From: Nitrospiraceae bacterium | GTDB lineage: Bacteria; Nitrospirota; Thermodesulfovibrionia; UBA6902 | Length of the DNA: 64,000 nucleotides | NCBI GenBank assembly: GCA_003599275.1 | Contig: QZJG01000074.1 | Span: 5,352-69,351, forward strand | Direction of reading: 5' to 3' | Shown: positions 32,515-42,020 of the stretch, in pieces | Layout: the number at the start of each line of letters is the position of its first letter | Position numbering within the stretch: position 1 is the stretch's first letter | Translations under genes and position numbers: made by a program | Notes under the pieces: model-generated | Databases searched by the model: none | Seen by the model: only the letters and a program-made list of their open reading frames with translations | What the model was told of the DNA's origin: nothing

Positions 32515-35500
32515 TCAATATCCCCTCTCGTTCACGGTGAACATGCAGGCCCCGGAATATACAAGCCCGGTCGAGCCGTCGATGCTGAGAAAGGTCCCTT
32601 CTCTCACCTCATAGTTTCCTATGACGGCATAAGGAGTGCCGTCCTCATCAGTCATAATGGCCATGTCCGGACAGCCGACGACAGCGGTGAGATCGAATTT
32701 CTGCGAGAGGATCGCGGCATGAGATGTTGCACCGCCGACAGATGTAACGATGCCGTCTATCTCCGGCATCACCGATACATCCTGGGTGCTCGTCTCTTTT
32801 CGGAGGAGTATGATCGGCTGTTTTGTGTCGTCCCGCAGTCTGCGGACCCGTCCCGGAGCAGCGGCAAAGGCGGCCACCCCGCTGAGCGCCCCGCCGTTCA
32901 TCCCGACGCCCCGGCCGATCACGTTTGATTCCATTTTGCATATCTCGTGGAATTTTTTTGTAAGGCCCCTGTGAAACTCCATCCTCCTGGTCTGAAGTAT
33001 ATATATCGCTCTCTTACCGTCGCCTGTGACATAAACGGATTCCACCTCCTGAGGGATGCCGCCCATCGCGGCTTCTATTTTGTCCGATACTTCCCTGTAC
33101 AGGTTGAAAAGCGCCGGGTCGTTCTCTTCGAGACTGTCGCCCCGGTCCGACTGTTCACGCGCAAGCGGACGGTTGATCATTCTCCCGTATACAATGTCGT
33201 CACCGGTTGCCGACTCCCTGATCTCGCCATATATCCCTTTTTCGAGGCCCTGCGGCTTCCTTGTGAAAAAGACGGCGGCGCCCGCGCCCCTTTTGTTGCC
33301 GTATATCATCTGCATGAGCGTCACGGACGTTCCCCAGTGGTCCGATACGTTCATTGCTTCCCTGAATTGAACGGCCCTTTCGCCATACCACGATTTATAG
33401 ACCGCCTTTATGGATTGGCTCAATTGCTCAAATACGTCCGAAGGTATTTTATGTCCCTTGCCGGACAATATGCCGAGATATCCGGAGACGATCTTTTTTA
33501 TGCCTCCGGCGTCAAGGTCGCGTATCTCATTCACATGGCAGTGATTCAACACCTCATCCTTCAGCGCTTCAAAAAGGTCCGGCTCCGCTTCAAAGACGAC
33601 GGCAGCATACTGCTCCACAAATCTCCTGTATGAATCCCATGCGAGCCATTCATCGCCTGAAGCCCCGATGAACCCCTCAAGTGTCTCGCTGTTGATGCCG
33701 CAGTAGAGTATCGTTGAAAGCATCCCCGGCATTGATATATACGAGCCGCTCCTTACGGAAAGAAACAGGGGATTATGTCTGCCGCCGAATCTGCAGCCGG
33801 TGCGCGTCTCTATTACCCTGACCGCCTCCCTGAGCGACTGCATAAAATCTTCGGACCCTGAATAGTCTTCATACGTTTTTGTCATTGCCGAAGAAAAGAT
33901 GCTCCCATGAGGCACCGTCAGGCCGAGCTCTTTGAGCACGACAAGATTTTTTGCCTTGCTGCCGATAAACGGGGCGAGGCGCGCGGCATCTCCGGATGAC
34001 AGATCATGCAGCGAAAACCATTCCCTTTTCTCTTCTTCATACTCCGCAGGCCCGGCCTCGATGTCTTCCCCGTTCCTGACCGCGGACAAAAGCGCCTTTA
34101 TTAAACTGTTCAGCAGCCTGTCAAGCTCCTCGGTCCCCGTTACATTGCTTATCATGTCCCGCATGATGACATCCGAGGCCTTGTTGACAAAGTTCTCATC
34201 ATGGACACCAATGCTTTTCAGGAAGGGAGGAAGGTCTTCAGGGCCGCATGTCGCTAATATTTCCATAAGGGGCCCGTGAAACGTCCTGTATAGAAGCTCC
34301 ACCATCCATGTGAGCTCCTTCTGCCAGAGCCTGAGCAAGTCGATCACCTGCGAGAGATGGAGCCTGTTTGTCTTTATGATCGCGACAACCTCCGAGACGA
34401 CCGCGTTGCCGAGGTCCTGGTACCTGAAAAACCGGTCGATCCCGCCGAGGCCCATTAAGCGCTCCTGCAAAGCATCCGCGTTTAAACTTCCACCCTTTGC
34501 CCCGATCTCCACGATCATCTCCTCAAACAGCAGGCGCACCCGTTCTTCCAGCCTGAAGGCATCGGCAAGCGCGTCGAACTTGGGTTCGTGATAGTAGCCC
34601 ATCACGGAAGGAATGCCGAAGGCTATGTGCCTTTTGAAAAACAGGGACTCCTGCGGCTCCGTCTTCTGCGGCGATGTGAAAATTTCTTTGAGTTTATTCA
34701 GACGCTCCAGCATATCTGAAAATCCGGTCGCAGGATGTTCCGCATGTGCAATGCCGCTCAGGGAATACTTCTTCAATATTTCCCCGTAGAGACGGCATAC
34801 GAGGATTATCTTGCCTCTTATCTCCTCTGAAAATTGCGCTGTCTGAAGATGCATCTCAAATGTCTCATCGGAAATGGAAAGGATTTTATGGAAATCGATG
34901 TCCCGCCCGTCGAAGATCCCAAGCTCCTCAAAAAGCGGCCTCAAGGCCGAAGAATAACTCTTCAGCAATTCAGGATTTAAATTAATGCGGACTTCCTCCG
35001 GTACCCTGCCTTTCAAGACATCCGCATCGCCGCGCACCCAGGCGCTTATAACGGCCTCTATGATGGGAATATTGTTTGTGCTCGCGTTGGCATGGACCTG
35101 TTTTCGTAAAAAATAGATGACGGGGTCATTCCCCCATGAATCTATTTCAGTGGAAAGCTCCCTGATCCTGCCCGAGGCGCCTACCTCGTTGAAGTAGACG
35201 GGGAGCCTTTTCAGCAGCATGTGATGGAGCAGAAAGTCCTTTCCCGTGTCCACTGAATTCAGATACGCGGAGACCTCCCTCTGGAATAGCCTGTCATCAG
35301 GAATAAATACTCCGCTTACATGGAGATTGCATATCAGATGGACCAGCACATCACGGAGCTTTACCGGCTCAAGCCCCACAACAGTGAGAAAACCCGACAG
35401 CCTTTTCAGGTGGAGGGGGTTGGTCAATTCGGCCCAGGTCTCATCGGAAAAACCCGCTATCCCCGGGGGCGGCACTTTTATTTTTTTCAGGATGTTTTTA

Positions 35501-36879
35501 TATGTCTCTATAAGGTCGGGGCCGCCGCTTTTGAGAATGAGTCCGGCCACATCCCTGTTGAAGACGATATCGTCCTGCATCCCGGTCCTGCCGAGGGTAA
35601 CGAGCAGACCCGCGCAGGCAACGTTCCGCTTCAGGGACAAGAGCCTCTTCATCAGCTCCTTGAAACTTATAATAGCCGGCCCGCGGACGTCCCTCAACCT
35701 GCTTAAAGACTCTAACTCTCCAATGGCCGTCGCCAGTGTTCCGTCATCTATTTTCTCAGCACCTTCATTTAAAACCGTGAAGAATGCCCTGGTCATCCCC
35801 ATGCGGTCAAGAACGCCGACATCGAGGCTGTGGATTATGCCGATAATCTCCGGAAGCAGGGCGCCTTTGTTCAGCAGGTCTTCGGCGTTCCCGATCTTTT
35901 CGATCAGAACTTCCCTGCTGCCTTCAGAAAATTCTTCCAATTGTAAAACACTTTTTTCATCGAGGCGGCTTTTAAGCGCCGCGATCGTCTCCTCACGTAT
36001 TACCGGCGCAGACCGCGCCTCTGTCGCGATTGAGGACAAAAGTATTTTGACGAGAGGGACCAGATCAGACCCCGGCAGTTTTACGTTTATAAGGCTTATG
36101 ACCCGCAGGACCTGCCTGGGCCGCGAAAAGAGGTTTGTCCGCGCGGAGCATGCCTCTGCCAGCCAAGTGTCGACTACAGTCGCCAGCCGTGCGTTTTCGG
36201 TCTCATTTTCGAGCGGTAATTCAATGAACGAAAGGGCGTTGGACAGCGCCCGCTCCTTCGAACCTTCGCCGGCATATTCGCAGGCCCTGAAAAGAAAGCG
36301 GGACAATAGTCGGTGCCATACATAGAATGCGTCCCTTATATACCAGAAAAGATTTTTTGAGAAGCTGTTTATGTCCTCCGAAAGTGGTCCCCAGTTCTTC
36401 TTCGTTGAAAATATCGCTGAGATGAGAGACTCGGCCTTTTTCCTCAACCCTTCCTGTTCCCTGACGGATTCACCAAGTATCTTGAAATTCGTCCCCTGAA
36501 GGTCCGCCGATATTTCAAGCGCCGAGACGTACAGACCGCCCATCTCCTCTTTCTTCAGAAGGAACGTGCCGATGTGCCTGCCGTTTTGGACCACATCGAG
36601 CTGCAGATTCCTGGCGTCTTCGATGACCGCAGGGGCGGCCCTGAGATGGAAATACCCGTCTGTTATCTCATCCCTCGTTATTTCTGTCCCGCCCTGGATA
36701 AGGCATATAAAATACTTTCCGGCCGGCATAGGGATAATCGTCCCCTCAAAGTTGACTGTCCCTCCTCTTTCAGACATGCAGAAATCCTTCATAACGAGGG
36801 CCGTGATCGTCCCCTTATATCCTGTGGCGATAGTGCCCGTCAGATAGTCGAGGGAGCATATGTTGAATGAGTCATCCAT
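32515..36879 (-). CDS. 1454-aa protein: unknown ~950-aa N-terminal region + PPDK-type nucleotide-binding (ATP-grasp) domain + PEP-utilising phospho-His swivel domain; no PEP/pyruvate TIM-barrel domain
   Basis: Residues from about 950 read GSKAKNLVVLKELGLTVPHG, LFLSVRSGSYISMPGMLSTILYCGIN, TLMQMIYGN, FTRKP..GEIRESATGDDIVYG and ILQTRRM. The swivel is ILLRKETSTQDVSVM...GGATSHAAILSQKFDLTAVVG, with its His codon at 32719-32721. The ORF ends 68 residues after the His. Confidence 0.85.
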   Translation of the reverse strand: MDDSFNICSLDYLTGTIATGYKGTITALVMKDFCMSERGGTVNFEGTIIPMPAGKYFICLIQGGTEITRDEITDGYFHLRAAPAVIEDARNLQLDVVQNGRHIGTFLLKKEEMGGLYVSALEISADLQGTNFKILGESVREQEGLRKKAESLISAIFSTKKNWGPLSEDINSFSKNLFWYIRDAFYVWHRLLSRFLFRACEYAGEGSKERALSNALSFIELPLENETENARLATVVDTWLAEACSARTNLFSRPRQVLRVISLINVKLPGSDLVPLVKILLSSIATEARSAPVIREETIAALKSRLDEKSVLQLEEFSEGSREVLIEKIGNAEDLLNKGALLPEIIGIIHSLDVGVLDRMGMTRAFFTVLNEGAEKIDDGTLATAIGELESLSRLRDVRGPAIISFKELMKRLLSLKRNVACAGLLVTLGRTGMQDDIVFNRDVAGLILKSGGPDLIETYKNILKKIKVPPPGIAGFSDETWAELTNPLHLKRLSGFLTVVGLEPVKLRDVLVHLICNLHVSGVFIPDDRLFQREVSAYLNSVDTGKDFLLHHMLLKRLPVYFNEVGASGRIRELSTEIDSWGNDPVIYFLRKQVHANASTNNIPIIEAVISAWVRGDADVLKGRVPEEVRINLNPELLKSYSSALRPLFEELGIFDGRDIDFHKILSISDETFEMHLQTAQFSEEIRGKIILVCRLYGEILKKYSLSGIAHAEHPATGFSDMLERLNKLKEIFTSPQKTEPQESLFFKRHIAFGIPSVMGYYHEPKFDALADAFRLEERVRLLFEEMIVEIGAKGGSLNADALQERLMGLGGIDRFFRYQDLGNAVVSEVVAIIKTNRLHLSQVIDLLRLWQKELTWMVELLYRTFHGPLMEILATCGPEDLPPFLKSIGVHDENFVNKASDVIMRDMISNVTGTEELDRLLNSLIKALLSAVRNGEDIEAGPAEYEEEKREWFSLHDLSSGDAARLAPFIGSKAKNLVVLKELGLTVPHGSIFSSAMTKTYEDYSGSEDFMQSLREAVRVIETRTGCRFGGRHNPLFLSVRSGSYISMPGMLSTILYCGINSETLEGFIGASGDEWLAWDSYRRFVEQYAAVVFEAEPDLFEALKDEVLNHCHVNEIRDLDAGGIKKIVSGYLGILSGKGHKIPSDVFEQLSQSIKAVYKSWYGERAVQFREAMNVSDHWGTSVTLMQMIYGNKRGAGAAVFFTRKPQGLEKGIYGEIRESATGDDIVYGRMINRPLAREQSDRGDSLEENDPALFNLYREVSDKIEAAMGGIPQEVESVYVTGDGKRAIYILQTRRMEFHRGLTKKFHEICKMESNVIGRGVGMNGGALSGVAAFAAAPGRVRRLRDDTKQPIILLRKETSTQDVSVMPEIDGIVTSVGGATSHAAILSQKFDLTAVVGCPDMAIMTDEDGTPYAVIGNYEVREGTFLSIDGSTGLVYSGACMFTVNERGY

Positions 36880-36902
36880 GGTGAAAAAAGGAGACGGTTA
36901 TT

Positions 36903-38249
36903 TTATTTGGGAAGGATGAAATAGAAATTGTTTCCGTAATGGGTCGGCTCATAACCCGCCACCCCGCCGTGTATCTCTACGGCGTTTTTGATGAAGGACA
37001 GGCCGTGACCGGTGCCGGGCTGGGTCGCTACGTTGTTGCCGCGATATCCTTCCTCAAACAGTTTCTCCCTGTCTTCGAGGGGGATATGCGGACCGGTGCT
37101 GAAGACATTGAATTTTACGCCGTCCCTGCCCTCGCCGAAAAAATCCTTTTTGATCTCGTGCCCGTAAGAGATATATTTAAGCGTCTCGCCCGAATCGCCC
37201 GTTACGGACTGGGTGTATTTGACCGCATTCGAAAAGAGATTTGCATAAACCTGCGCTATCAGTCCCACATCGACAACGGTTATAATTTCGGCTTCGGGGA
37301 TGCCGCTGAGACGGTCATTGACTGAGATGCCCATCTTTCTGAACTGCTCGATATACCTCTCGATCTGAGGCTGTACGACATCGATTTTAATGTTGCAGGG
37401 CTTTGTGCGAAGTGTGAGCCGGCCCTGGTCGAAATGACTTTTCCTGAAAAGCGTCTCGATAAAGAGACTCATGTTCTTGTAATGCTTCTCTATATTCTCC
37501 AGCTCCGAATTCAACCCCTGGTTTATATCGGTCATCTCCTTAAGAAAATTTTTCATGCAGGCCTCGTCGCAAAGCCCCCCCGATGATTTTTCGGCGAAGA
37601 CCTTCTCCATCTCGATGTTCTTCATTATCTTTCTTCTGAGGCCCCTGAGGAAAAGCCTGTAAACCATATTGGGGACTATGATGTTATGCTCGATATCGGC
37701 TACAAGGGAGCGGATGAATTTCAGGTGTTCGATGTTCTTCTCGACGAGAAACTTGTTGTGTATGTTGAACCCGATGCGGTTTGCGTACTTCTGGAAGAAA
37801 AGGACCCTGTGCTCATCGAGGTCTTTGACGGGATAGATCTCGAGGAAGCCGAGGACATCGTCTTTTGTCTCAAAAGGGAGCTGTTCAATCAGCGGCTCCT
37901 TTCCCCGGATCGTCATGACAAGGCTGTTCCTTGCCGTATAATAAGGCCGGGAACCGGGTCTTATATCATCGGGCGGCGGCGAAAACAATACATCTTTCCC
38001 TTCTTCCGTCTTGGCAATAAGTATCAGGGAATTAAGTTTGGGGTCCACGATGTAAAGACGCGCGTCGAGGTCAAAAAAACTCCGTGGGATCGCGACGCAC
38101 AACGCATAAAGGTCCTCGATGCCGTCGAATTCCTGGGCAAGATCGAAAAAGGTCATTATGGCGTTGTTCTCTTCAGGGGTAAAATCATAGACCTCGTAAT
38201 CTTCTTTTTTGCTTTCTATACGTTCGAGTATGTGTTTTATATTTTCCAT
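36903..38249 (-). CDS. cytoplasmic GAF-domain histidine kinase-like protein (orphan)
   Basis: I prefer the start MENIKH at 38249. The N-terminal half is GAF-like. A possible H-box is ADIEHNIIVP. The N-box is LFSNAVKYT and the G-box is GTGHGLSFIKNAVE. It ends 23 nt before the 1454-aa gene. Confidence 0.75.
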   Translation of the reverse strand: MENIKHILERIESKKEDYEVYDFTPEENNAIMTFFDLAQEFDGIEDLYALCVAIPRSFFDLDARLYIVDPKLNSLILIAKTEEGKDVLFSPPPDDIRPGSRPYYTARNSLVMTIRGKEPLIEQLPFETKDDVLGFLEIYPVKDLDEHRVLFFQKYANRIGFNIHNKFLVEKNIEHLKFIRSLVADIEHNIIVPNMVYRLFLRGLRRKIMKNIEMEKVFAEKSSGGLCDEACMKNFLKEMTDINQGLNSELENIEKHYKNMSLFIETLFRKSHFDQGRLTLRTKPCNIKIDVVQPQIERYIEQFRKMGISVNDRLSGIPEAEIITVVDVGLIAQVYANLFSNAVKYTQSVTGDSGETLKYISYGHEIKKDFFGEGRDGVKFNVFSTGPHIPLEDREKLFEEGYRGNNVATQPGTGHGLSFIKNAVEIHGGVAGYEPTHYGNNFYFILPK

Positions 38250-38330
38250 AAAATATTGCCGGGGAAGGCCGTAAATCGAAAGGATCAAGAGTCCCGCCCG
38301 CCTGCTCAATTCTACCACAATTATAGCATC

Positions 38331-39119
38331 TTATATCCTGGCCTCTTTCAAGGCTTCTCCGCACGCGCATTTTCTCTGTTCGGGAATCAGGGCAAACGTC
38401 TCCTTAAGGAGGGACTTGATTTTTTCGGTCGAGGCCTTCATCGCCTCCATGACTTCCGCTACGGTGAGTTTTCTCCTGTTTATCCCTGCCGCATAGTTTG
38501 CGACCACGGAGACACCTGAATAACATATTTCCAGCTCTCTTGCGAGTGAGGCCTCAGGCATGCCGGTCATGCCGACAACGTCTCCGCCGAGCATGCCGAA
38601 GCTCCTTATTTCGGACGCGGTCTCAAGCCTCGGCCCTTCAACGGCAACATATGTCCCAGCCTCTTTAACAGAGACACCGGCCCGCTTTGCCGCTTTTAAA
38701 AATATTCGCCGGAGCTCGGGACAATAAGGCCCGGTGAAGTCTATATGTACGACCCCGCCCTCGCCGTCATAAAAAGTAGAGGCCCTGTTTTTCGTCATAT
38801 CCAGTATCTGGTCCAGGATCACGATGTCCCCGGGTTTTAGTCCTTTCCTGATGCCGCCCACCGCGCTGACAGACAGAATTCTTTCGACGCCGAGTTTTTT
38901 GAAACCCCAGATATTCGCCCTGTAGTTGATCATATGCGGAGGGATATTGTGATGCTTCCCGTGGCGCGGCAGGAAGATGATTTCTCTGTCGCCAAATTCA
39001 CCGATCAGATATTGATCTGAAGGTCTGCCGAAAGGGGTGTTGACCCTTTTCGATTTCTTCAGAACGAGGCCCCTGATTTCATATAATCCGCTTCCACCGA
39101 TTACGCCCGTCTTTGACAT
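38331..39119 (-). CDS. mtnP: S-methyl-5'-thioadenosine phosphorylase (MTAP)
   Basis: GVIGGSGLY, FLPRHGKHHNIPPHMINYRANIW, and PNP/UDP-family motifs throughout. Confidence 0.9.
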   Translation of the reverse strand: MSKTGVIGGSGLYEIRGLVLKKSKRVNTPFGRPSDQYLIGEFGDREIIFLPRHGKHHNIPPHMINYRANIWGFKKLGVERILSVSAVGGIRKGLKPGDIVILDQILDMTKNRASTFYDGEGGVVHIDFTGPYCPELRRIFLKAAKRAGVSVKEAGTYVAVEGPRLETASEIRSFGMLGGDVVGMTGMPEASLARELEICYSGVSVVANYAAGINRRKLTVAEVMEAMKASTEKIKSLLKETFALIPEQRKCACGEALKEARI

Positions 39120-39213
39120 AATGCACTCCTTTTATGTTAAATAAAAAAGACCGTAACTTTTAAATTCTAAATAATAAGGCTGAATTAAAGCAAAGGATTT
39201 TTTCCGGACTGAT

Positions 39214-40605
39214 ATGCCGATAATTCCAGAGGAGCTTTTTTCAAAGATTATTAAACGGGCGCTGTCAAGGGGCGGTGATTATGCGGATGTATTTGCAGAG
39301 CATGAGACCCCCCTGTCAATACAGCTTGAAGATGATAAGATTGAGAAGATCGTCTCCGGTTCGGATTCCGGCGTGGGGGTGAGGGTAATTTACGGAGACA
39401 GGTCGGCGTATGCTTACAGTAATGATTTTTCAAAAGATTCCCTGTTAGGCATTGCCGATGCGGTCAGCAGGGCCGTAAAGGAAGGCAGCGTAAAAGATGT
39501 GGCCCTTGATTTAAGAAAGGCCGTTGCCCCGGTCGATTTCAAAATAAAATACAACCCCCGCAATGTCGGTATAGAAAAAAAGCTCTCGCTTGTAGAAAAT
39601 GCCAACAAGGCCGCAAGAGGTGTCGGCTCCAGGATCAAACAGGTAACAGTGATTTACAGAGACACCATTCAGAATGTTTGCATCGCAACATCAGACGGGA
39701 CCATAGCCGAGGATGAACGCATTTATACGGTTGCCCTGGTCCAGGTGGTTGCTTCGGAGGGCGATAAACTTCAGACCGGGTACGAACCGGTCGGAGGATT
39801 TGCGGGGTTTGAACTTTTCGAAGAGAACCCGATGGATGAAATAGCAGTTATTGCTGCTCAGAAGGCTGTAACGATGCTGAATGCAAGAAAGGCGCCCGGA
39901 GGCAGAATGCCGGTTGTAATTTCAGCCAGGGCGGGGGGTACAATGATTCATGAGGCCATCGGACATGGTTTGGAAGCTGACCTTGTCCAGCAGGGGTTGT
40001 CTGTGTATACCGGCAAGACAGGACAACAGATTGCTTCTCCCCTGATTACTATCCTGGATGATTCGACACTTCCAAACAAACGAGGATCCTTCAGGTTCGA
40101 CGATGAGGGAATCGTTTCGCAGCGGACGGTCCTGGTTGAAAAAGGGGTACTCGTTGGTTATATGTATGACAGGCTGACGGCCATGAAAGACGGTGTCGCA
40201 TCAACCGGCAATGGAAGGCGCCAGTCATATAAGGACAGGCCGATTCCGAGGATGACCAACACTTTTATAGCTCCAGGTAAAGGTGACCCTGAGGAAATTA
40301 CAAGATCGGTGGAGAAAGGTCTTTTTGTCAGAAAAATGGGTGGAGGGCAGGTCAACACCGTAACGGGAGAATTTGTCTTTGAAGTCTCCGAGGGCTATAT
40401 GATAGATAAAGGGAAAATTGGGGAGCCGGTGAGGGGCGCTACGCTTATCGGGAACGGGCCGGAAGTCCTGAAGTCAATCGATATGGTAGGCAACGACCTG
40501 GGTTTTGCCATAGGGACCTGCGGTAAGGATGCACAGGGGGTCCCTGTCTCCGATGCCATGCCCACAGTCCGGATCCCCGAGATGGTTGTAGGTGGCGAAG
40601 TATAA
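39214..40605 (+). CDS. tldD: metalloprotease TldD
   Basis: The HEAIGHGLE motif, a C-terminal GGGQVNTVTGEFVF stretch, and a length typical of TldD. Confidence 0.95.
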   Translation: MPIIPEELFSKIIKRALSRGGDYADVFAEHETPLSIQLEDDKIEKIVSGSDSGVGVRVIYGDRSAYAYSNDFSKDSLLGIADAVSRAVKEGSVKDVALDLRKAVAPVDFKIKYNPRNVGIEKKLSLVENANKAARGVGSRIKQVTVIYRDTIQNVCIATSDGTIAEDERIYTVALVQVVASEGDKLQTGYEPVGGFAGFELFEENPMDEIAVIAAQKAVTMLNARKAPGGRMPVVISARAGGTMIHEAIGHGLEADLVQQGLSVYTGKTGQQIASPLITILDDSTLPNKRGSFRFDDEGIVSQRTVLVEKGVLVGYMYDRLTAMKDGVASTGNGRRQSYKDRPIPRMTNTFIAPGKGDPEEITRSVEKGLFVRKMGGGQVNTVTGEFVFEVSEGYMIDKGKIGEPVRGATLIGNGPEVLKSIDMVGNDLGFAIGTCGKDAQGVPVSDAMPTVRIPEMVVGGEV

Positions 40606-40864
40606 GGGAAGTTGTGCTTAATATAAACACAATAGATGTATTTATGATACATCTAAAAATATAACCACGCTGTTTTTTCAGGAAAAATCGTTTGGTATCT
40701 AATTTGCTATACTTCCTGCTCATAAGCTTTTAAAGGTTAAAGAAGGCCAATTTAAACTCTTGCCGTCAGGTATTCTCTTATGAATATAAGCTTGAGATTA
40801 TCTTTCGGCCTGTTGAGACAATCCGAAAGAAAGAGTACCAAACAATCAGGATATTTGAGAAGAA

Positions 40865-41779
40865 ATGAGGTTTTTCAGGTCTAAAATGAGGCTGCAGAAT
40901 ACATTAAAAAAAGAAATTGTCATAACAGGCAAAGGTCTTCATACGGGTCATGATATTAATATGAGACTCAGACCCGCGCCAAGGGACACCGGCGTCATCT
41001 TTATAAGAATCGACAAGGGAAATACGAAAATCAAGGCGGGCGTAAGCTCGGTCGTCGATACAACTTTTGCCACCACTCTTGCAGCTGAAGGCGTAAGGGT
41101 AGGAACGGTTGAACATCTTTTGGCCGCTTTTTCAGGTCTTAATATAGATAACGTATACGTCGAACTTGACGGCCCCGAAGTGCCCATAATGGACGGTAGC
41201 GCCCTGTTTTTTGTAAATATGCTGATGGCAGCCGGAATAGCCAAACAGGGAAAAACCGTGTCATTCATAAGGATACTTGAGCCGATAGCCATTATGGAGG
41301 GACAAAGCCAGATAGCAGTCACCCCTTACGAAGGCACAAGAATAACGTATCGCCTTTTTTACACACATCCGGCCTTCGGAGAACAAAGACTGGGGGTCGA
41401 CATCACGAGAATGAATTTCGCTAATGAACTGGCTCCGGCAAGGACATTTGGGTTCTTAAGGGATGTCGAGATGCTGAAATCGAAAGGTTTGGCAAAAGGG
41501 GGATCGCTGGAAAATGCGATTGTGCTTGGTGAAAAAGATGTTTTAAACGGTAACAAACTCAGATTCAAGGATGAATTTGTCAGACATAAGATACTTGACG
41601 CTGTGGGAGATATCTCATTAATAGGACTGCCGATTTACGGACATATCATCGCAAATAAATCCGGGCATACCCTGCATATTAAACTGCTCAGGAAAATCCT
41701 CTCCTGCAGGGAATCATGGGAACTTGTTTCAGAGCCTTTCATTACGCCTTCGGCTTCCGGTGTAGCTGCTCAGGTCTGA
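40865..41779 (+). CDS. lpxC: UDP-3-O-acyl-N-acetylglucosamine deacetylase
   Basis: TLKKEIVITGKGLHTG and FVRHKILDAVGDISLIG. The start may instead be the second ATG at 40886. Confidence 0.95.
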   Translation: MRFFRSKMRLQNTLKKEIVITGKGLHTGHDINMRLRPAPRDTGVIFIRIDKGNTKIKAGVSSVVDTTFATTLAAEGVRVGTVEHLLAAFSGLNIDNVYVELDGPEVPIMDGSALFFVNMLMAAGIAKQGKTVSFIRILEPIAIMEGQSQIAVTPYEGTRITYRLFYTHPAFGEQRLGVDITRMNFANELAPARTFGFLRDVEMLKSKGLAKGGSLENAIVLGEKDVLNGNKLRFKDEFVRHKILDAVGDISLIGLPIYGHIIANKSGHTLHIKLLRKILSCRESWELVSEPFITPSASGVAAQV

Positions 41780-41827
41780 GTCAAACGTAAGTTTCATTCT
41801 TGTGTACACTAATCAAACGGAATATGC

Positions 41828-41866
41828 AAAAAAAGAGCTGTCCCATCTATCGAGGATGGGACAGCT
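41828..41866 (-). terminator. rho-independent terminator of the Lys/Ala mini-gene
   Basis: AGCTGTCCCATC-N7-GATGGGACAGCT (41836-41866) is followed on the minus strand by a U7 run (A-run 41828-41834). Confidence 0.7.
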
Positions 41867-41887
41867 TAGCTCCTGAACGATAATGCG

Positions 41888-41977
41888 TTATTTCTTTTTC
41901 TTTGCAGGTGCTTTCTTAGCAGCAGCTTTCTTCGGAGCTGCTTTCTTTTTTGCAGCGGCTTTCTTTGTGGCGGCCAT
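41888..41977 (-). CDS. 29-aa Lys/Ala-rich (histone-H1-like) basic mini-protein
   Basis: The ATG at 41975-41977 (rc) lies 7 nt after GGGGGTG. The product is MAATKKAAAKKKAAPKKAAAKKAPAKKKK. A terminator follows. It is below the ORF-track size cut-off. Confidence 0.55.
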   Translation of the reverse strand: MAATKKAAAKKKAAPKKAAAKKAPAKKKK

Positions 41978-42020
41978 TCGTTTTCACCCCCTTTCCTCTC
42001 CCAGTATATGGGAGTAAGTT

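Noticed and set aside
31974-32540. 188-aa ORF on the plus strand.
   Set aside because: It is antisense to the DUF2934 gene and has a hydrophobic low-complexity composition typical of a shadow ORF.
35246-36325. 359-aa ORF on the plus strand, and other long plus-strand ORFs between 32506 and 36870.
   Set aside because: All are antisense to the 1454-aa gene, which has clear PPDK-family motifs. They have Ser/Arg-rich shadow-frame composition.
37686-38519. 277-aa ORF on the plus strand.
   Set aside because: It is antisense to the GAF-kinase and MTAP genes and is a shadow frame.
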